Below are positions 48,977 to 60,932 of a DNA stretch of 64,000 nt, piece by piece (within the stretch, counting starts at the first letter, position 1; each line of letters starts with the position of its first letter). The notes beneath the pieces are model-generated. The model was not told where the DNA came from, did no database searches, and was given only the letters and a program-made list of their open reading frames with translations. The position numbers and the translations under genes are program-made. This DNA comes from Centroscyllium fabricii (Eukaryota), in NCBI GenBank assembly GCA_051313645.2, contig JBNRSN020000015.1, positions 119,660,001 through 119,724,000 on the forward strand, in the 5' to 3' direction.

Positions 48977-51805
48977 ATAGAACATAGAACATAGAACATA
49001 CAGCACTGTACAGGCCCTTGGGCCCTCAATGTAGTGCCGCCCTTAGTCCGTCTCTGATTTTTCCTGTCCCCCCTACTGTTCCTTCCCCTCCATGTACCTG
49101 TCTATCATCCTTTTAAAAGCACCCAGACTGTCCGCATCCACTATTTCAGATGGTAGCCTATTCCATTCCCCGACCACTCTCTGTGTAAAGAACTTGCCCC
49201 TGCCATCCCTTCTGAATCTTCCTCCTTGAATCTTGTGCTCGTGTCCTCTTGTTGTCGTTCTTCCCGCCCGGGGAAACAGTCTTTGCACGTTTACTCTATC
49301 GATCCCCTTCATCATTTTAAACATCTCTATCAAGTCCCCCCTCTTCCTTCTCCGTTCCAGGGAGAAGAGTCCCAGTTCCCTTAACCGTTCCTCGTATGAC
49401 TTTCCCCCCATTCCCGGCAGCATCCTGGTGAATCTCCTCTGCACTCTCTCCAGCGCCTCCACATCCCTCCTGTAGTACGGTGCCCAGAACTGCACACAGT
49501 ACTCCACGTGTGGTCTCACCAGTGACCTGTACAGCTGCAGCATGACCTCCCGGTTCTTAAACTCTATTCCCCTGTTGATGAAGGCCAATACACCATAGGC
49601 CTTTTTTACTGCCTTGTCCACCTGGGTGGCAGCCTTCAGTGATCTGTGTACATATACTCCCAGATCCCTTTGCTCCTCTGCTTCACTCAGGATCCTGCCG
49701 TTGACCCTATATTCCCTCTTCCTATTTGCCCTGCCGAAGTGCATCACCTCGCATTTCCCCGTGTTGAACTCCATTTGCCATTCTTCAGCCCAGCTCTGCA
49801 TCCTATCTATATCCCTCTGAATCTTTCTACTTCCTTCCTCCTCATCCACTTCTCCCCCAATCTTTGTGTCATCCGCAAATTTGCTGACCCACCTCTCAGT
49901 CCCCTCCTCCAAGTCATTGATGAAGATTACAAACAGTAGTGGCCCCAACACCGACCCCTGTGGTACCCCACTGGTGACCGGTCTCCAGCCCGAGTATTGG
50001 CCTTCTACCACTACCCTCTGCTTCCTCTGAGCCAGCCAGTTCTCAATCCATCCCACCACTTTGTTGCTTACCCCGCAACTCCTTACTTTCTTCATGAGCC
50101 GACCATGCGGGACCTTGTCGAACGCCTTGCTGAAGTCCATATATATGACATCAACCGCCTTTCCCTCGTCCACACTCTTGGTCACCTCTTCAAAGAATTC
50201 TATCAGGTTGGTCAGGCACGATTTGCCCTTAACGAATCCGTGCTGACTGCTTCTGATTAATTCTCCCCTTTCTAGATGGTCGTAGACCCTGTCCCTCAGG
50301 ACCCTTTCCATCACCTTTCCAACCACTGAGGTGAGGCTGACTGGTCTGTAGTTCCCTGGCACGTCCCTGCTCCCCTTTTTAAATATGGGAGCCACATTTG
50401 CCTCTCTCCAGTCCTTAGGGACTATCCCCGAGGATAGCGATGATCTAAAGATAGAGGTCAGTGGCTCTGCGATTTCGTTCCTCGCCTCCCAGAGAATCCT
50501 TGGATATATCCCGTCCGGCCCAGGAGATTTGTCTACCTTCAGTTTCTCCAAAATATCTAATACCTCCCCCCTCTGAATATTTACTTCCCCCATCCTTTCC
50601 CCTTGTATCTTGAACTCCCCCTCTACTTTTAGTTCCCTCTCCCTTGTGAACACGGACGCAAAATATTCATTTAGTGCTTCCCCAATTTCCTCTGGCTCCG
50701 TGCACATTTCTCCCTTGCTGTCTTTGATCGGCCCTACTCTTACCCTAGTCATCCTTTTATTTCTTACGTAAGCATAGAAAACCTTAGGGTTCTCCTTTAT
50801 CCTTCCCGCTAATGCCTTCTCATGCCCTCCCTTTGCCTTCCTTAGCCCATTCTTCAGATTTTTCCTTGCTTCTTTGTACTCCCTTCCCGCCCCTTCTGTA
50901 CTTTGTTTTCTCATTCTATCATATGCTTCCTTCCTCTTTTTTACTAATTGTTCTACCTCTTTCGTGATCCATGGTTCTCTCATCTTACCCTTTCTTCCCA
51001 TCCTACTCGGGACATGCTTATCCAGGGCTTTCATAATTTGCTCCCTGAACACTCTCCATTTTTCTTCCGTTCCTCTCCCCGCAAGTTCCCGTTCCCAATT
51101 GGTGTTAGCTAAATTGTGCCTAACCCTGTCGTAATTTCCCCTCCCCCAGCTGTATACCTTACCCTGCCTCATGCTCCTATCCTTCTCCATTACTATTGTG
51201 AACGGCACCGAGTTGTGGTCACTGTCCCCAAAGTGCTCCCTTACCCCCAGTTCTACCACTTGGCCTGGTTCATTTCCCAGAACCAGGTCCAACGTTGCCC
51301 CACCCCTTGTTGGTTCCTCCACGTATTGTGTCAGGAAACCTTCCTGTACGCATTGTAAGAAAATCTCTCCCTCTGCACTCTTTGACCTACCTAGATTCCA
51401 GTCTATATTAGAGAAATTGAAATCTCCCATTATAACTACCCTCTGTCCCCCACATCTTTCCTTTATTTGTCGCGCAATTTCCTCCTCCACCTCCCTGTTA
51501 CTATTTGGTGGTCTATAAAAGACTCCCACTAACGTTACCGCCCCCTTCCTATTCCTAAGCTCCGCCCATACTACCTCCGTTCGTGTGTCCCCCTCAAAGT
51601 TTTTTTCTGTAGCCGTCACGTTGTCCTTGACCAGCAGTGCTACTCCCCCCCTGCGCTTTCCTCCCTCCCTGCTCCTCCAGAAGCTTCTGTATCCCGGGAC
51701 CCCAAGCATCCAGTCCTGTCCCTGCTCCAGCCATGTCTCTGTTATGGCCACCACATCGAAGTCCCATGTCGCCATCCATGCCCCTAACTCCCCTGCCTTG
51801 TTCCT
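48977..51805 (-). mobile_element. young, 5'-truncated CR1 LINE
   Basis: (TTCTATG)n tail at 48977-49000 and an uninterrupted ORF2. Confidence 0.95.
49073..51775 (-). CDS. CR1 ORF2: APE endonuclease + reverse transcriptase (900 aa, extreme N-terminus missing)
   Basis: ITETW, YRPP, GDFN, LDLVL, SDH (EN); YRPVSLTS, QHGF, DFSKAFD, GVPQGSVLGP, FADD (RT). Confidence 0.93.
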   Translation of the reverse strand: MATWDFDVVAITETWLEQGQDWMLGVPGYRSFWRSREGGKRRGGVALLVKDNVTATEKNFEGDTRTEVVWAELRNRKGAVTLVGVFYRPPNSNREVEEEIARQIKERCGGQRVVIMGDFNFSNIDWNLGRSKSAEGEIFLQCVQEGFLTQYVEEPTRGGATLDLVLGNEPGQVVELGVREHFGDSDHNSVPFTIVMEKDRSMRQGKVYSWGRGNYDRVRHNLANTNWERELAGRGTEEKWRVFREQIMKALDKHVPSRMGRKGKMREPWITKEVEQLVKKRKEAYDRMRKQSTEGAGREYKEARKNLKNGLRKAKGGHEKALAGRIKENPKVFYAYVRNKRMTRVRVGPIKDSKGEMCTEPEEIGEALNEYFASVFTRERELKVEGEFKIQGERMGEVNIQRGEVLDILEKLKVDKSPGPDGIYPRILWEARNEIAEPLTSIFRSSLSSGIVPKDWREANVAPIFKKGSRDVPGNYRPVSLTSVVGKVMERVLRDRVYDHLERGELIRSSQHGFVKGKSCLTNLIEFFEEVTKSVDEGKAVDVIYMDFSKAFDKVPHGRLMKKVRSCGVSNKVVGWIENWLAQRKQRVVVEGQYSGWRPVTSGVPQGSVLGPLLFVIFINDLEEGTERWVSKFADDTKIGGEVDEEEGSRKIQRDIDRMQSWAEEWQMEFNTGKCEVMHFGRANRKREYRVNGRILSEAEEQRDLGVYVHRSLKAATQVDKAVKKAYGVLAFINRGIEFKNREVMLQLYRSLVRPHVEYCVQFWAPYYRRDVEALERVQRRFTRMLPGMGGKSYEERLRELGLFSLERRRKRGDLIEMFKMMKGIDRVNVQRLFPRAGRTTTRGHEHKIQGGRFRRDGRGKFFTQRVVGEWNRLPSEIVDADSLGAFKRMIDRYMEGKEQ

Positions 51806-52124
51806 TTATGCAATCTTTGTTGATAAAACTTTTACTCTGTGGGGTGGACTTTGCATAGAATTAGATAGAATTTACAGCACAGAAACAGGCCATTCGGCCC
51901 AACTGTTTATGCTCCGCACCAGCCTCCTTCCACACTACTTCATCGAACCCTAACAGCACAGCCTTCCATTCCTTTCTCACTGATGTACTTAGCCAGCTTC
52001 CCCTTAAATGCATCTGTGATTTTCACCTCAAGTACCACATTCTGACCAGTCTCTGGGTAAAGCGGTTTCTCCTGAATTCCTTATGGGATTTATTAGTGAC
52101 TATCTTATATTTATATATTATATA

Positions 52125-52443
52125 GGGCGGCACGGTGGCATAGTAGTTAGCACTGTTGCCTCACAGCGCCAGGGGCACGGGTTCAAATCCGGCCTCGGGT
52201 GACTATCTGTGTGGAGTTTGCACATTCTCCCCGTGTCTGCGTGGGTTTTCTCCGGGTGCTCCGGTTTCCTCCCTCAGTCCAAAGATGTGCGGGTTAGGTT
52301 GATTGGCCGTGATAAATTGCCCCTTAGTGTTAGGGGGATTGAATATGTGGGGTTTCGGGGATAGGGTGGGACATGTGTCGGTGCAGGCTCAATGGGTCGA
52401 AATGGCCTCTATCTGCACTGTAGGGATTCTATGATTCTATGAT
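52125..52443 (+). mobile_element. HE1-like V-SINE with alternative (ATTCTATG)n tail, inside an old CR1 fragment (51855-52560)
   Basis: tRNA head and V-domain. Tail GGCCTCTATCTGCACTGTAGGGATTCTATGATTCTATGA differs from other copies. Confidence 0.85.
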
Positions 52444-52624
52444 TTATGATGTCTAGTTTTGAAATCCCCGCACAAGTGGAATCGTCTTCCCTATCAAACC
52501 CCTTCGTAACTTTAAATACCTCAATAAGTCACCCCTGAGGCTTCCCTTGTCTTGAGATAGATCTTTCTCTCTACTAATTTGAGCTGATGGGCATTACACT
52601 TGCTTTGCGCCAGAGACAAAAGGA

Positions 52625-53349
52625 AGAAAGAAAGACGTGCATTTATATAGCGCCTTTCACGACCACCGGACGTCTCAAACTGCATTGCAGCCAATGAAGT
52701 ACTTTTTGAAGTGGAGTCACTGTTGTAATGTGGGGGAAAGCGGTAGCCAATTTGCACACAGCAAGCTCACACAAACAGCACTGTGATAATGACCAGATAA
52801 TCTGTTTTTGTTATGTTGGTTGAGGGATAAACATTGGCCCAGGACACCGAGGATAACTCCCCTGCTCTTCTTCGAAATAGTGCCACAGGATCTTTTACGT
52901 CTGATGCGCTATCAATAACTCCAAAAGAGTAGAAGTTATACAAGTAACAAATAGGCTTTTATTCACTAAAGAATGAGAGCATGCCTCTGCTGATCGACTG
53001 GTCCAGGACTGAAGGGGGGTTGGGAGACAGTCACCTTTATACCTGGGTCTGAGGGAGGAGCCACAGGCGGAGTCAGAAGGGGCATGTCCAGCTAGGTTAC
53101 ATACATCAGGTAGAGTGAACTATAATACAACAACAGTGGTTTACCACAACGTCCACCTGAGAGAGCAGACTTCAGGTCCTCGGTTTAACGTCTCATCCGA
53201 AAGACGGCACCTCCGACAGTGCGGCACTCCCTCAGCACTGCACTGGGAGCGTCAGCCTAGCTTTATGTGCTCAAGTCTCTGGAGTGGGACTTAAACCAAC
53301 AGACCTTCTGACTCAGAGACGAGCGTGCTGCCCACTGAGCCACAGCTGA
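52625..53349 (-). mobile_element. full-length Deu-domain SINE interrupted by a solo LTR
   Basis: tRNA-like head at ~53285-53349, Deu core, (CTTT)n tail. Confidence 0.82.
52902..53148 (-). mobile_element. solo LTR (Mag-like family)
   Basis: TGTGGTAAACCACTG...GCGCATCA on the minus strand, TSD ACGTC. Confidence 0.9.
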
Positions 53350-56300
53350 CAAAAGAGCTCTCAAAGCATTGACTGGGTTAACTTTTTAACAGATTGAACA
53401 GTGGGCAAACTTTGCATTGGTATTCACCTAAACCACAGTTGCCAAGCAGCTTTGCAGCATCCAGCTTCACGAGCCAAGGTATTATTTGCTTTTTTAGTAC
53501 GTAAGTTGCCACATCATCTTTGTTCCATTGTCACCTTCACTACATTCCATTCTCCACAAACAGAGGTGAACTGGTTTCACTTTTAGTCCACAGGGCATGG
53601 AAAAACTTAACAGTGCGGGAGAATGAATTTGTATTTTGCCACACTCGGAGTTAAATCGTAACGTCAGAGCTGTACCTAGAACTCTGAACTGCATATAACC
53701 CATTCAAGAGGTGACCTGGCAGTGCTTGATATTCTATTTCTGTGTCGGCCGTTGCTCTTCTTGATCTTGACCAGCCCCTCTTCCCTTAATGTGCCAAAAA
53801 TAATGTTTAACTCTTTCGAATATTTCAAGTGGGAGGTAATGGCCACATATTTGGTTAACAGCAATGCTGTGCCCCGTGAGCTGATAGAATGAGTACTATT
53901 ACATATCTAACACCATTTTGTTCATATTTAAGCACAATTAAAAAACATTTTCCCTTCAGGTTTAAACAATCTGTTAAAAAGGGCAAGTATTTATTAAAAA
54001 AAGTAGAGGAAAAGTGGCAAAAGACTATCGTGGGAGCACCATCACCACATCGACTGCAGCGGTTCAAGAAGGCAGCTCACAATGACCTTCTCAGGGCAAC
54101 TAGGAGAATGGCCTAGGTATAATGTTAAGAAGAGGTTCCCTTGTTCTTGATTCCCCCGCCAGAGGAAATCATTTAGAAACATAGACATAGAAACATAGAA
54201 GATAGGAGCAGGAGTAGGCCATTCGTGTAACGGTTGTAGGTTGGGCCCAAATGCAATACACCAAAAACATACATAGAAGTAAACTCCTTTATTTCTGAGC
54301 AGTAGAAGACATAGGAAACAGTGGGTCAATATCGGCAGAAAGTTCACGGAGGCAACAAGTCCAAAATAGAGTTCAGGCAGAAGAGAATCCAAATTCAGAA
54401 ACAGTTCAATACCGGGTAGTCCGTCCACGGGAGCGACAAATCCAAAAACGAGGTCAGGCAGAAGAGAATCCAAATTCCAGAAAGCAGGTCAGTATCTTGA
54501 ACAGGCAGGATCAGAGAGCTAGAACTACACACAGGTATCACAGTCAGAAAGAACAAACGATCTGGCAACCTCTAGTTAGAAAGTAGGAGCTTATATACAG
54601 CTCTTGATTACCACTGGTGAATCTGGGCTGTTCAATCAGGTGCGGGCAGTAGAGCTAACGAGGTGATAACCAGTTAAAGGGGAAGAGCCAACCTATGACA
54701 GAACCCCCCCCTCAAGGGACGGCTCCCGACGTCCCAAACCCCAAATGCCAGAGTTGGGTGGGCGGAGGGGTGCAGAGGAGGGACTAATATTCCTCGGGAC
54801 CCTCATCCACGCCCATTTCATCACTAGAATGAAGGGAATTCTCCTCACCAGAGGATTGCACCTCCTCGTCCAGGGTTTCAGGAGAACGCACGGAACTGGG
54901 CCCTTGCCCAGACTCCCCAGGGGGCGCAGTCCTCCTACTCGGCTGGTCGGGATGCCTTCTGTGGAAGTCGGCCATAAGCTGAGGATCAACAATGTGACGA
55001 GCAGGAACCCAGGACCTCTCCTCTGGACCATACCCCTCCCAGTCCACCAGGTACTGAAGACCTCTCCCTCGGCGACGGGAGCGAAGTAGGCGGCGAACAG
55101 TGTAGACTAACCCCCCGTCGAGCATACGAGGAGGCGGAGGGGGCGTGGCAACAGGCACCAATGTACTCTCTCGTGCTGGTTTGACCCGCGACACATGAAA
55201 AGTGGGATGAACCCGCATGGATCGAGGAAGCTTGAGTCTCACTGCCGCTGGGTTGATGACCTTCTGGATTTCGAAGGGACCGATAAACCTGGGAGCTAGC
55301 TTCTTAGACTCCACCTGGAGGGGCAGGTCCTTAGTGGAGAGCCACACCTTCTGACCAGCCTGATAGTTAGGAGCCTCCGAGCGACGACGGTTGGCAGCAG
55401 CAGAGTAGCGGTCCGCTGAGCGAAGCAACGAAGTCCGTGCCTGGTCCCATGTCCGGCGACAACGATGAATAAATGACTGGACGGACGGACAGGAAACCTC
55501 CCTCTCCAGGTCCGGAAACAATGGGGGCTGGAACCCATAGGCGCACTGGAACGGGGAGAGTCTGGTGGCGGAACTGGTCAGGGTGTTGTGGACGTACTCT
55601 ACCCACAGGAGTAACTGGGACCAGGAAGAGGGATTCTGGGAGACCATACATCGTAGAGCCTTCTCCATCTCCTGATTCATGCGTTCAGACTGCCCGTTGG
55701 ACTGCGGATGAAAACCCGAAGACAGACTGACTGTGGCCCCGATCAGCTTGCAGAACTCCCTCCAGAATACTGACGTAAACTGTGGACCCCGATCAGAGAC
55801 TACGTCGACAGGAAGACCATGAAGACGGAAAACATGTTGCAGCATAAGTTCAGCCGTCTCCTTCGCCGAGGACAGTTTAGGCAGAGGTATGAAATGAGCC
55901 ATCTTGCTGAATCGGTCCACCACTGTCAGGATAGTGGTTAGTCCCTTGGATGGAGGCAGACCGGTAACAAAGTCCAAGGATATGTGGGACCAAGGACGAT
56001 GTGGCACCGGCAGAGGTTGCAGAAGACCAGCGGGAGCCCGATGAGACGGCTTGTGTTGGTTGCAGACCGAGCAGGCGTTGACAAACTCCCGGGTGTCTTC
56101 TTCCAGAGTATCCCACCAGAACCTCCGCAGTATAACCTCCTTGGTCCTTTGAGCCCCCGGATGGCAGGAAAGCTTGGAAGCATGGGCCCACTGGAGAACA
56201 TCAGGTCAAAGGTCCCTGGGAACGAATAGACGGTCGGGAGGACAACCGCTGGGTCCAGCCTGATTCTCCATGGCTGATCTCACCCTCTCCTCGATCTCCC

Positions 56301-58061
56301 ACGTAACGGCAGCAATCAGACATGGAGCTGGAAGGATGAGGTCAGATCCAGGAGTGGAACTCTCCTCCTTCTGGAACCGGCGGGACAGAGCATCAGGCTT
56401 GACATTGCGAGAACCAGGCCGGTAGGAGAGGGTGAAGTTGAAACGGGTAAAGAAGAGGGACCACCTAGCCTGCCGTGAATTCAGCCTCTTGGCCGTACGA
56501 ATGTATTCGAGGTTCTTATGGTCTGTCCAGACTAGGAACGGCAGCTTGGTCCCCTCTAGCCAATGGCGCCACTCCTCCAATGCCATCTTGACCGCCAGTA
56601 ACTCCCGGTTCCCGATGTCATAATTCATCTCAGCCGAGGACAGGCGTTTGGAAAAATAGGCACAGGGATGTAGCTTTTGGTCGGAAGCAGAATGTTGGGA
56701 CAGAATAGCCCCTACTCCAACATCTGATGCGTCCACCTCTACCACGAACTGCTGATCCGGATCAGGCACCTGGAGAATGGGAGCAGAGGTGAACCGGGAC
56801 CTGAGACCTCGAAAAGCCTCCTCCGCTGCAGAAGACCACAGAAACGGCACCTTAGAGGAGGTAAGGGCCGATAACGGGGCCGCTACCGTGCTGTAGCCGC
56901 GAATGAACCTTCGATAGAAGTTAGCGAACCCCAGGAACCGCTGTAGCTGTTTACGTGTCTCCGGAATAGGCCAAGACGCGACAGCTGACACCTTCTCTGG
57001 ATCCATCTGCACGCTCCCCTGCGCAATGATGTACCCCAAGAAAGATACGGTAGTGACGTTAAACTCACACTTCTCCGCCTTCACAAATAACGAGTTCTCG
57101 AGAAGCCGTTGCAGGACAGTCTGGACATGGTGAACATGCTCCTCACGAGACTTAGAAAAAATCAAAATGTCGTCCATGTCTCTTAACACGTCATTCACCA
57201 AGGCTTGGAATACCGCCGGGGCGTTGGTTAACCCGAACGGCATTCATAATGACCAGAGGGAGTGTTGAAAGCTGTCTTCCATTCATCGCCCTCTCGGATT
57301 TGGACCAGGTAATAGGCGTTACGAAGGTCAAGTTTGGTAAAGATGATCGCCCCCTGTAGCAACTCAAAAGCAGAAGAGATGAGAGGAAGAGGATACCGGT
57401 TCTTTATCGTGATGTCATTTAGACCCCTGTAGTCGATGCATGGTCGCAGCGACCCGTCCTTCTTACCAACAAAAAAGAATCCAGCCCCAGCAGGTGATGA
57501 AGAGGAACGGATGATCCCCGCCGCCATAGAGTCGCTGATGTACGTTTCCATGGCTTCCCTCTCAGGTGCAGACAAGGAATACAGGCGTCCCTTGGGTGGG
57601 GAAGAACCTGGCAGCAGATCAATGACGCAGTCATAGGGGCGATGTGGAGGCAGCGACGTGGCTCTAGCTTTGCTGAATACCTCCCTAAAATCATGGTATT
57701 CAGTGGGGACCACCGAAAGATCTGAAGCGGGAAGAGGTGTTAATGGCTGTCGGCAGTGTTGTCCGTGAGCGCGCTAAATGAGCGCGCGTTCACGAGCGCG
57801 TTCACATTTTCGTGAACGCTGAACGAGCGCGCTCTTTCCCAGCAGCCTGAGCGAAAACGTGAGCGTCGCTCAGTTTGGAGGGATTGAGCGGCGCTCTTGC
57901 TGCGCTCTTGCGGTATGTGACGCATGCGCAGATCGTCTCCCAGCGACACGAGTCGCTGCTGCCTTCCATGCGGGTCGGATCGACGGTGAGTGTGCCGGAC
58001 CTGCTAGCTGCATTGCTCTCTCCTGTCTGTCTGCACTGAGTGCTCTGCGGGGCTTTGCAAA

Positions 58062-58124
<63 letters not shown>

Positions 58125-58440
58125 GTCTCTGTCTCTCTCTCTCGATAATTTTTATTCATCTCGTTCCAATCTGTCTGTAATTACGGGATGAGGGTTTCAA
58201 TTTTCCGCATCCTCTGAAGTTCGGTCCTCAGATGAATCCCTTTAATTTCAGATATTGACCAGTCAGTGCCTTCCACCCCCGCCCCCGCTGTGCTTTCTTT
58301 TTTTCATTTCAGATTTCCGGTGTTTTTTGACTTTAACAAACTTGATCAGGTCTGTCAGGCATGTGGAACAGCAGTGAGACTCGGGGATGCTCACCCGGCT
58401 CGCACCCAGGTAACTGCTCCGGGCCGCTGTTCCTGCACCT

Positions 58441-58819
58441 CACCAGCCTCCTCCCACCCTCTTCATCTCCCCCATCAACACCAGCCTCCTCCCACCCCTC
58501 TTCATCTCACCCCATCAACACCAGCCTCCTCCCACCCCTCTTCATCTCATCCCATCAACACCAGCCTCCTCCCACCCCTCTTCATCTCACCCCATCAACA
58601 CCAGCCTCCTCCCACCCCTCTTCATCTCACCCCATCAACACCAGCCTCCTCCCACCCCTCTTCATCTCACCCCATCAACACCAGCCTCCTCCCACCCCTC
58701 TTCATCTCACCCCATCAACACCAGCCTCCTCCCACCCCTCTTCATCTCACCCCATCAACACCAGCCTCCTCCCACCCCTCTTCATCTCACCCCATCAACA
58801 CCAGCCTCCTCCCACCCCT
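58441..58819. repeat. 40-bp minisatellite, ~9.5 copies
   Basis: Unit CACCAGCCTCCTCCCACCCCTCTTCATCTCACCCCATCAA; CT microsatellites at 58065-58143 and 58830-58876. Confidence 0.95.
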
Positions 58820-58871
58820 TTGCAAAAAGCTCTCTCTCTCTCTCCCTCTCCCTCTCCCTCTCTCCCTCTCC

Positions 58872-59096
58872 CTCTCCCCATATCGAGCCTGCACCGACAC
58901 ATATCCCACCCTATTCCCATAACCCCACATATTCAATCCCCCTAACACTAAGGGTAAATTTATCCTGGCCAAAAACCCACGCAGACATGGGGAGAATGTG
59001 CAAACTCCACACAGATAGTACCCGAGGCTGGATTTGAACCCGGGTCTCCAGTGCTGTGAGACCGCAGTGCTAAGCACTGTGCCACCATGCCGCCCT
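58872..59096 (-). mobile_element. HE1-like SINE (internally deleted) inside the hAT element
   Basis: Head, partial V-domain and body in reverse. Confidence 0.8.
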
Positions 59097-59963
59097 ATAT
59101 ACTCAGCCTGTGTATATACATACAGACAGTTCTCTATTTGTTCCTCCTGCTTCATAATTTGCATTGCCCCAAACTGACTCTACCCCCTGCATAATAGGAA
59201 ACTACTGACACAATGATTCAGTGATAAAACTTATAAAGTAATCAGCTTCTATTATTCTTTAATGGGCTGTAGCAATGATTGGGGGCTGTCAGTGGATGGA
59301 TAAGAGGATGTTCTATTGAAAAATAATAGCTCGGGGCAGCGCATTAAAAGAAAAGAAAAAAAAAACGAACTTTGAACTAGTTCATTTTTGAGCTGCGAAC
59401 TTAAGTTCAAAATTCAAAATTATGAACTATGAACTTGAACGAGTTCATTTTAAAATGATTGAACTGAACTTTGAGCTAGCTCTTGTTAAGTGTGAACTTT
59501 CCCAACACTGGCTGTCGGAAGACGGTAGCCTGTTTCAGACAGACCTGGTGACAGGAGGAACTCGACCCCAGAATAGTTCCCGTGTTCCAGTCAATGTGAG
59601 GGTTGTGGCGGCGAAGCCAAGTGTGTCCCAGAATCAAAGGAAGCCGAGGTGATTTCAGGATATGAAACTGAATACTTTCATGATGATTACCAGACATAAG
59701 CATGTGAACCGGTGAGGTCTGATGTGTCACCGTTCCCAGGAGGTGACCGTCGAGGGCGATGGCAGGAACTGGCTGCGGCAGTGGAACCCGGTCAATCTCC
59801 AGCTGTGTGACAAGATCCTCATCAATAATGTTAACGTCGGCTCCAGAGTCAATAAAGGTGGCGAGAGTCTGGGATCCACTGGGAAGAAGAAGTCTGGCCT
59901 GGCACAAGGGTCATGGATTGGGAGAGAGTCTTGTAGGAGTTCGGCTCACCAGTACGACCCCAT

Positions 59964-60932
59964 CTACTGGTGAGCCCGGCCTTTTGCTGGGCATCGGGAA
60001 ACAAAATGGCCGGCCTGGCCACAGTACAGACAGAGATTCCCCTGGTGGCGTCGTTCATGCTCCTCCAATGAGAGACTGGTGCAACCCAACTGCATTGGTT
60101 CGGGCCCCACTGGCTGTGACCTTGCTGTCGCAGTAGACCTGGGTGCCACGAATATCTCTTGAGACCGTTTCGGAGGAGGTCGACCAGTCGTTCCCAGTCG
60201 TCTCTCACGTCGACGCGCCTGGATACGGAGGTCAATCCTGGTGGCAAGACTAATTAGTTCATCCAGGGTGGAAGGGAGATCATAGGAGACCAGTTCATCC
60301 TTGATGTACTCTGCAAGCCCATGGAGAAAAACGTCACATAATGCAGCAGAGTTCCAATCACTCTGACGAGCTCTGATTCGGAAATCTATGGAATAGTCGG
60401 CCACTGTCTGATTACCCTGGCTCAGATTCATGAGTCCCCGAGCTGCTTCAGAGCCGTAGGTCACCATGCCGAACACCCTTCTTAATTCGATGGCGAACAT
60501 CTGGAAGGAAGAGCAAGCCAGAGTCTCTCTCTCCCACTCGGCGGTTCCCCAGAGACGAGCTCTTCCTGTAAGGTGGTTAATAGCAAAGGCTACCTTTGCC
60601 GCCTCATTGGCAAAGGTGTGGGGCTGCAATGCAAAAAGAATGGAACAGTTTGTGAGGAAGGGATTGCATTCCTCAGGTTCACCGGCATAACGCTCCGGGA
60701 CCCCGACCCGGGGTTCGGGTGTGAGGCCTTGTGGGTGAGGCATGGGTGCCGACACCGATGCTGGAGCAAGAACTGGTGGTGGTGGGGTCCCTGCCGGATC
60801 CGAAGCTGCCCGCTGGATCGGGGCGGTGGTTAGCTGCTCAACTCGGGCTGTTAGCCCTTCCAAGGCCTTCCCCAGTTGCTGTAGGATACCCTCGATCTGC
60901 GCAAGACGATTCGGTGTGTCTGCTGGGTCCAT
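59964..60932 (-). CDS. gag: intact gag (MDPADT...[14 protein letters not shown])
   Basis: Open frame from an ATG ~18 nt after the 5' LTR through capsid and CCHC knuckle to TAG. Confidence 0.9.
   Translation of the reverse strand: MDPADTPNRLAQIEGILQQLGKALEGLTARVEQLTTAPIQRAASDPAGTPPPPVLAPASVSAPMPHPQGLTPEPRVGVPERYAGEPEECNPFLTNCSILFALQPHTFANEAAKVAFAINHLTGRARLWGTAEWERETLACSSFQMFAIELRRVFGMVTYGSEAARGLMNLSQGNQTVADYSIDFRIRARQSDWNSAALCDVFLHGLAEYIKDELVSYDLPSTLDELISLATRIDLRIQARRRERRLGTTGRPPPKRSQEIFVAPRSTATARSQPVGPEPMQLGCTSLSLEEHERRHQGNLCLYCGQAGHFVSRCPAKGRAHQ

Larger units (their letters stand above)
57754..59510. mobile_element. non-autonomous hAT-type DNA transposon
   Basis: Termini CAGTGTTG / CAACACTG, perfect 8-bp TSD GCTGTCGG (57746-57753, 59511-59518), subterminal TGAAC/GTTCA repeats at both ends. 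Confidence 0.9.
54784..59990 (-). pseudogene. pol: pol (PR, RT, RH, IN, chromodomain), broken by insertion, deletions and a nonsense codon
   Basis: ORFs 59476-59907, 57228-57713, 56206-57243 and 54784-56007 align to 698-4223. YMDD damaged by a 27-nt deletion. Confidence 0.92.

Noticed and set aside
58441-58819. CRISPR-like regular array, and Pro/His/Ser-rich ORFs 58266-58922 and 58361-58945
   Set aside because: Head-to-tail identical 40-mers with no unique spacers and no cas genes; the ORFs are repeat translations.
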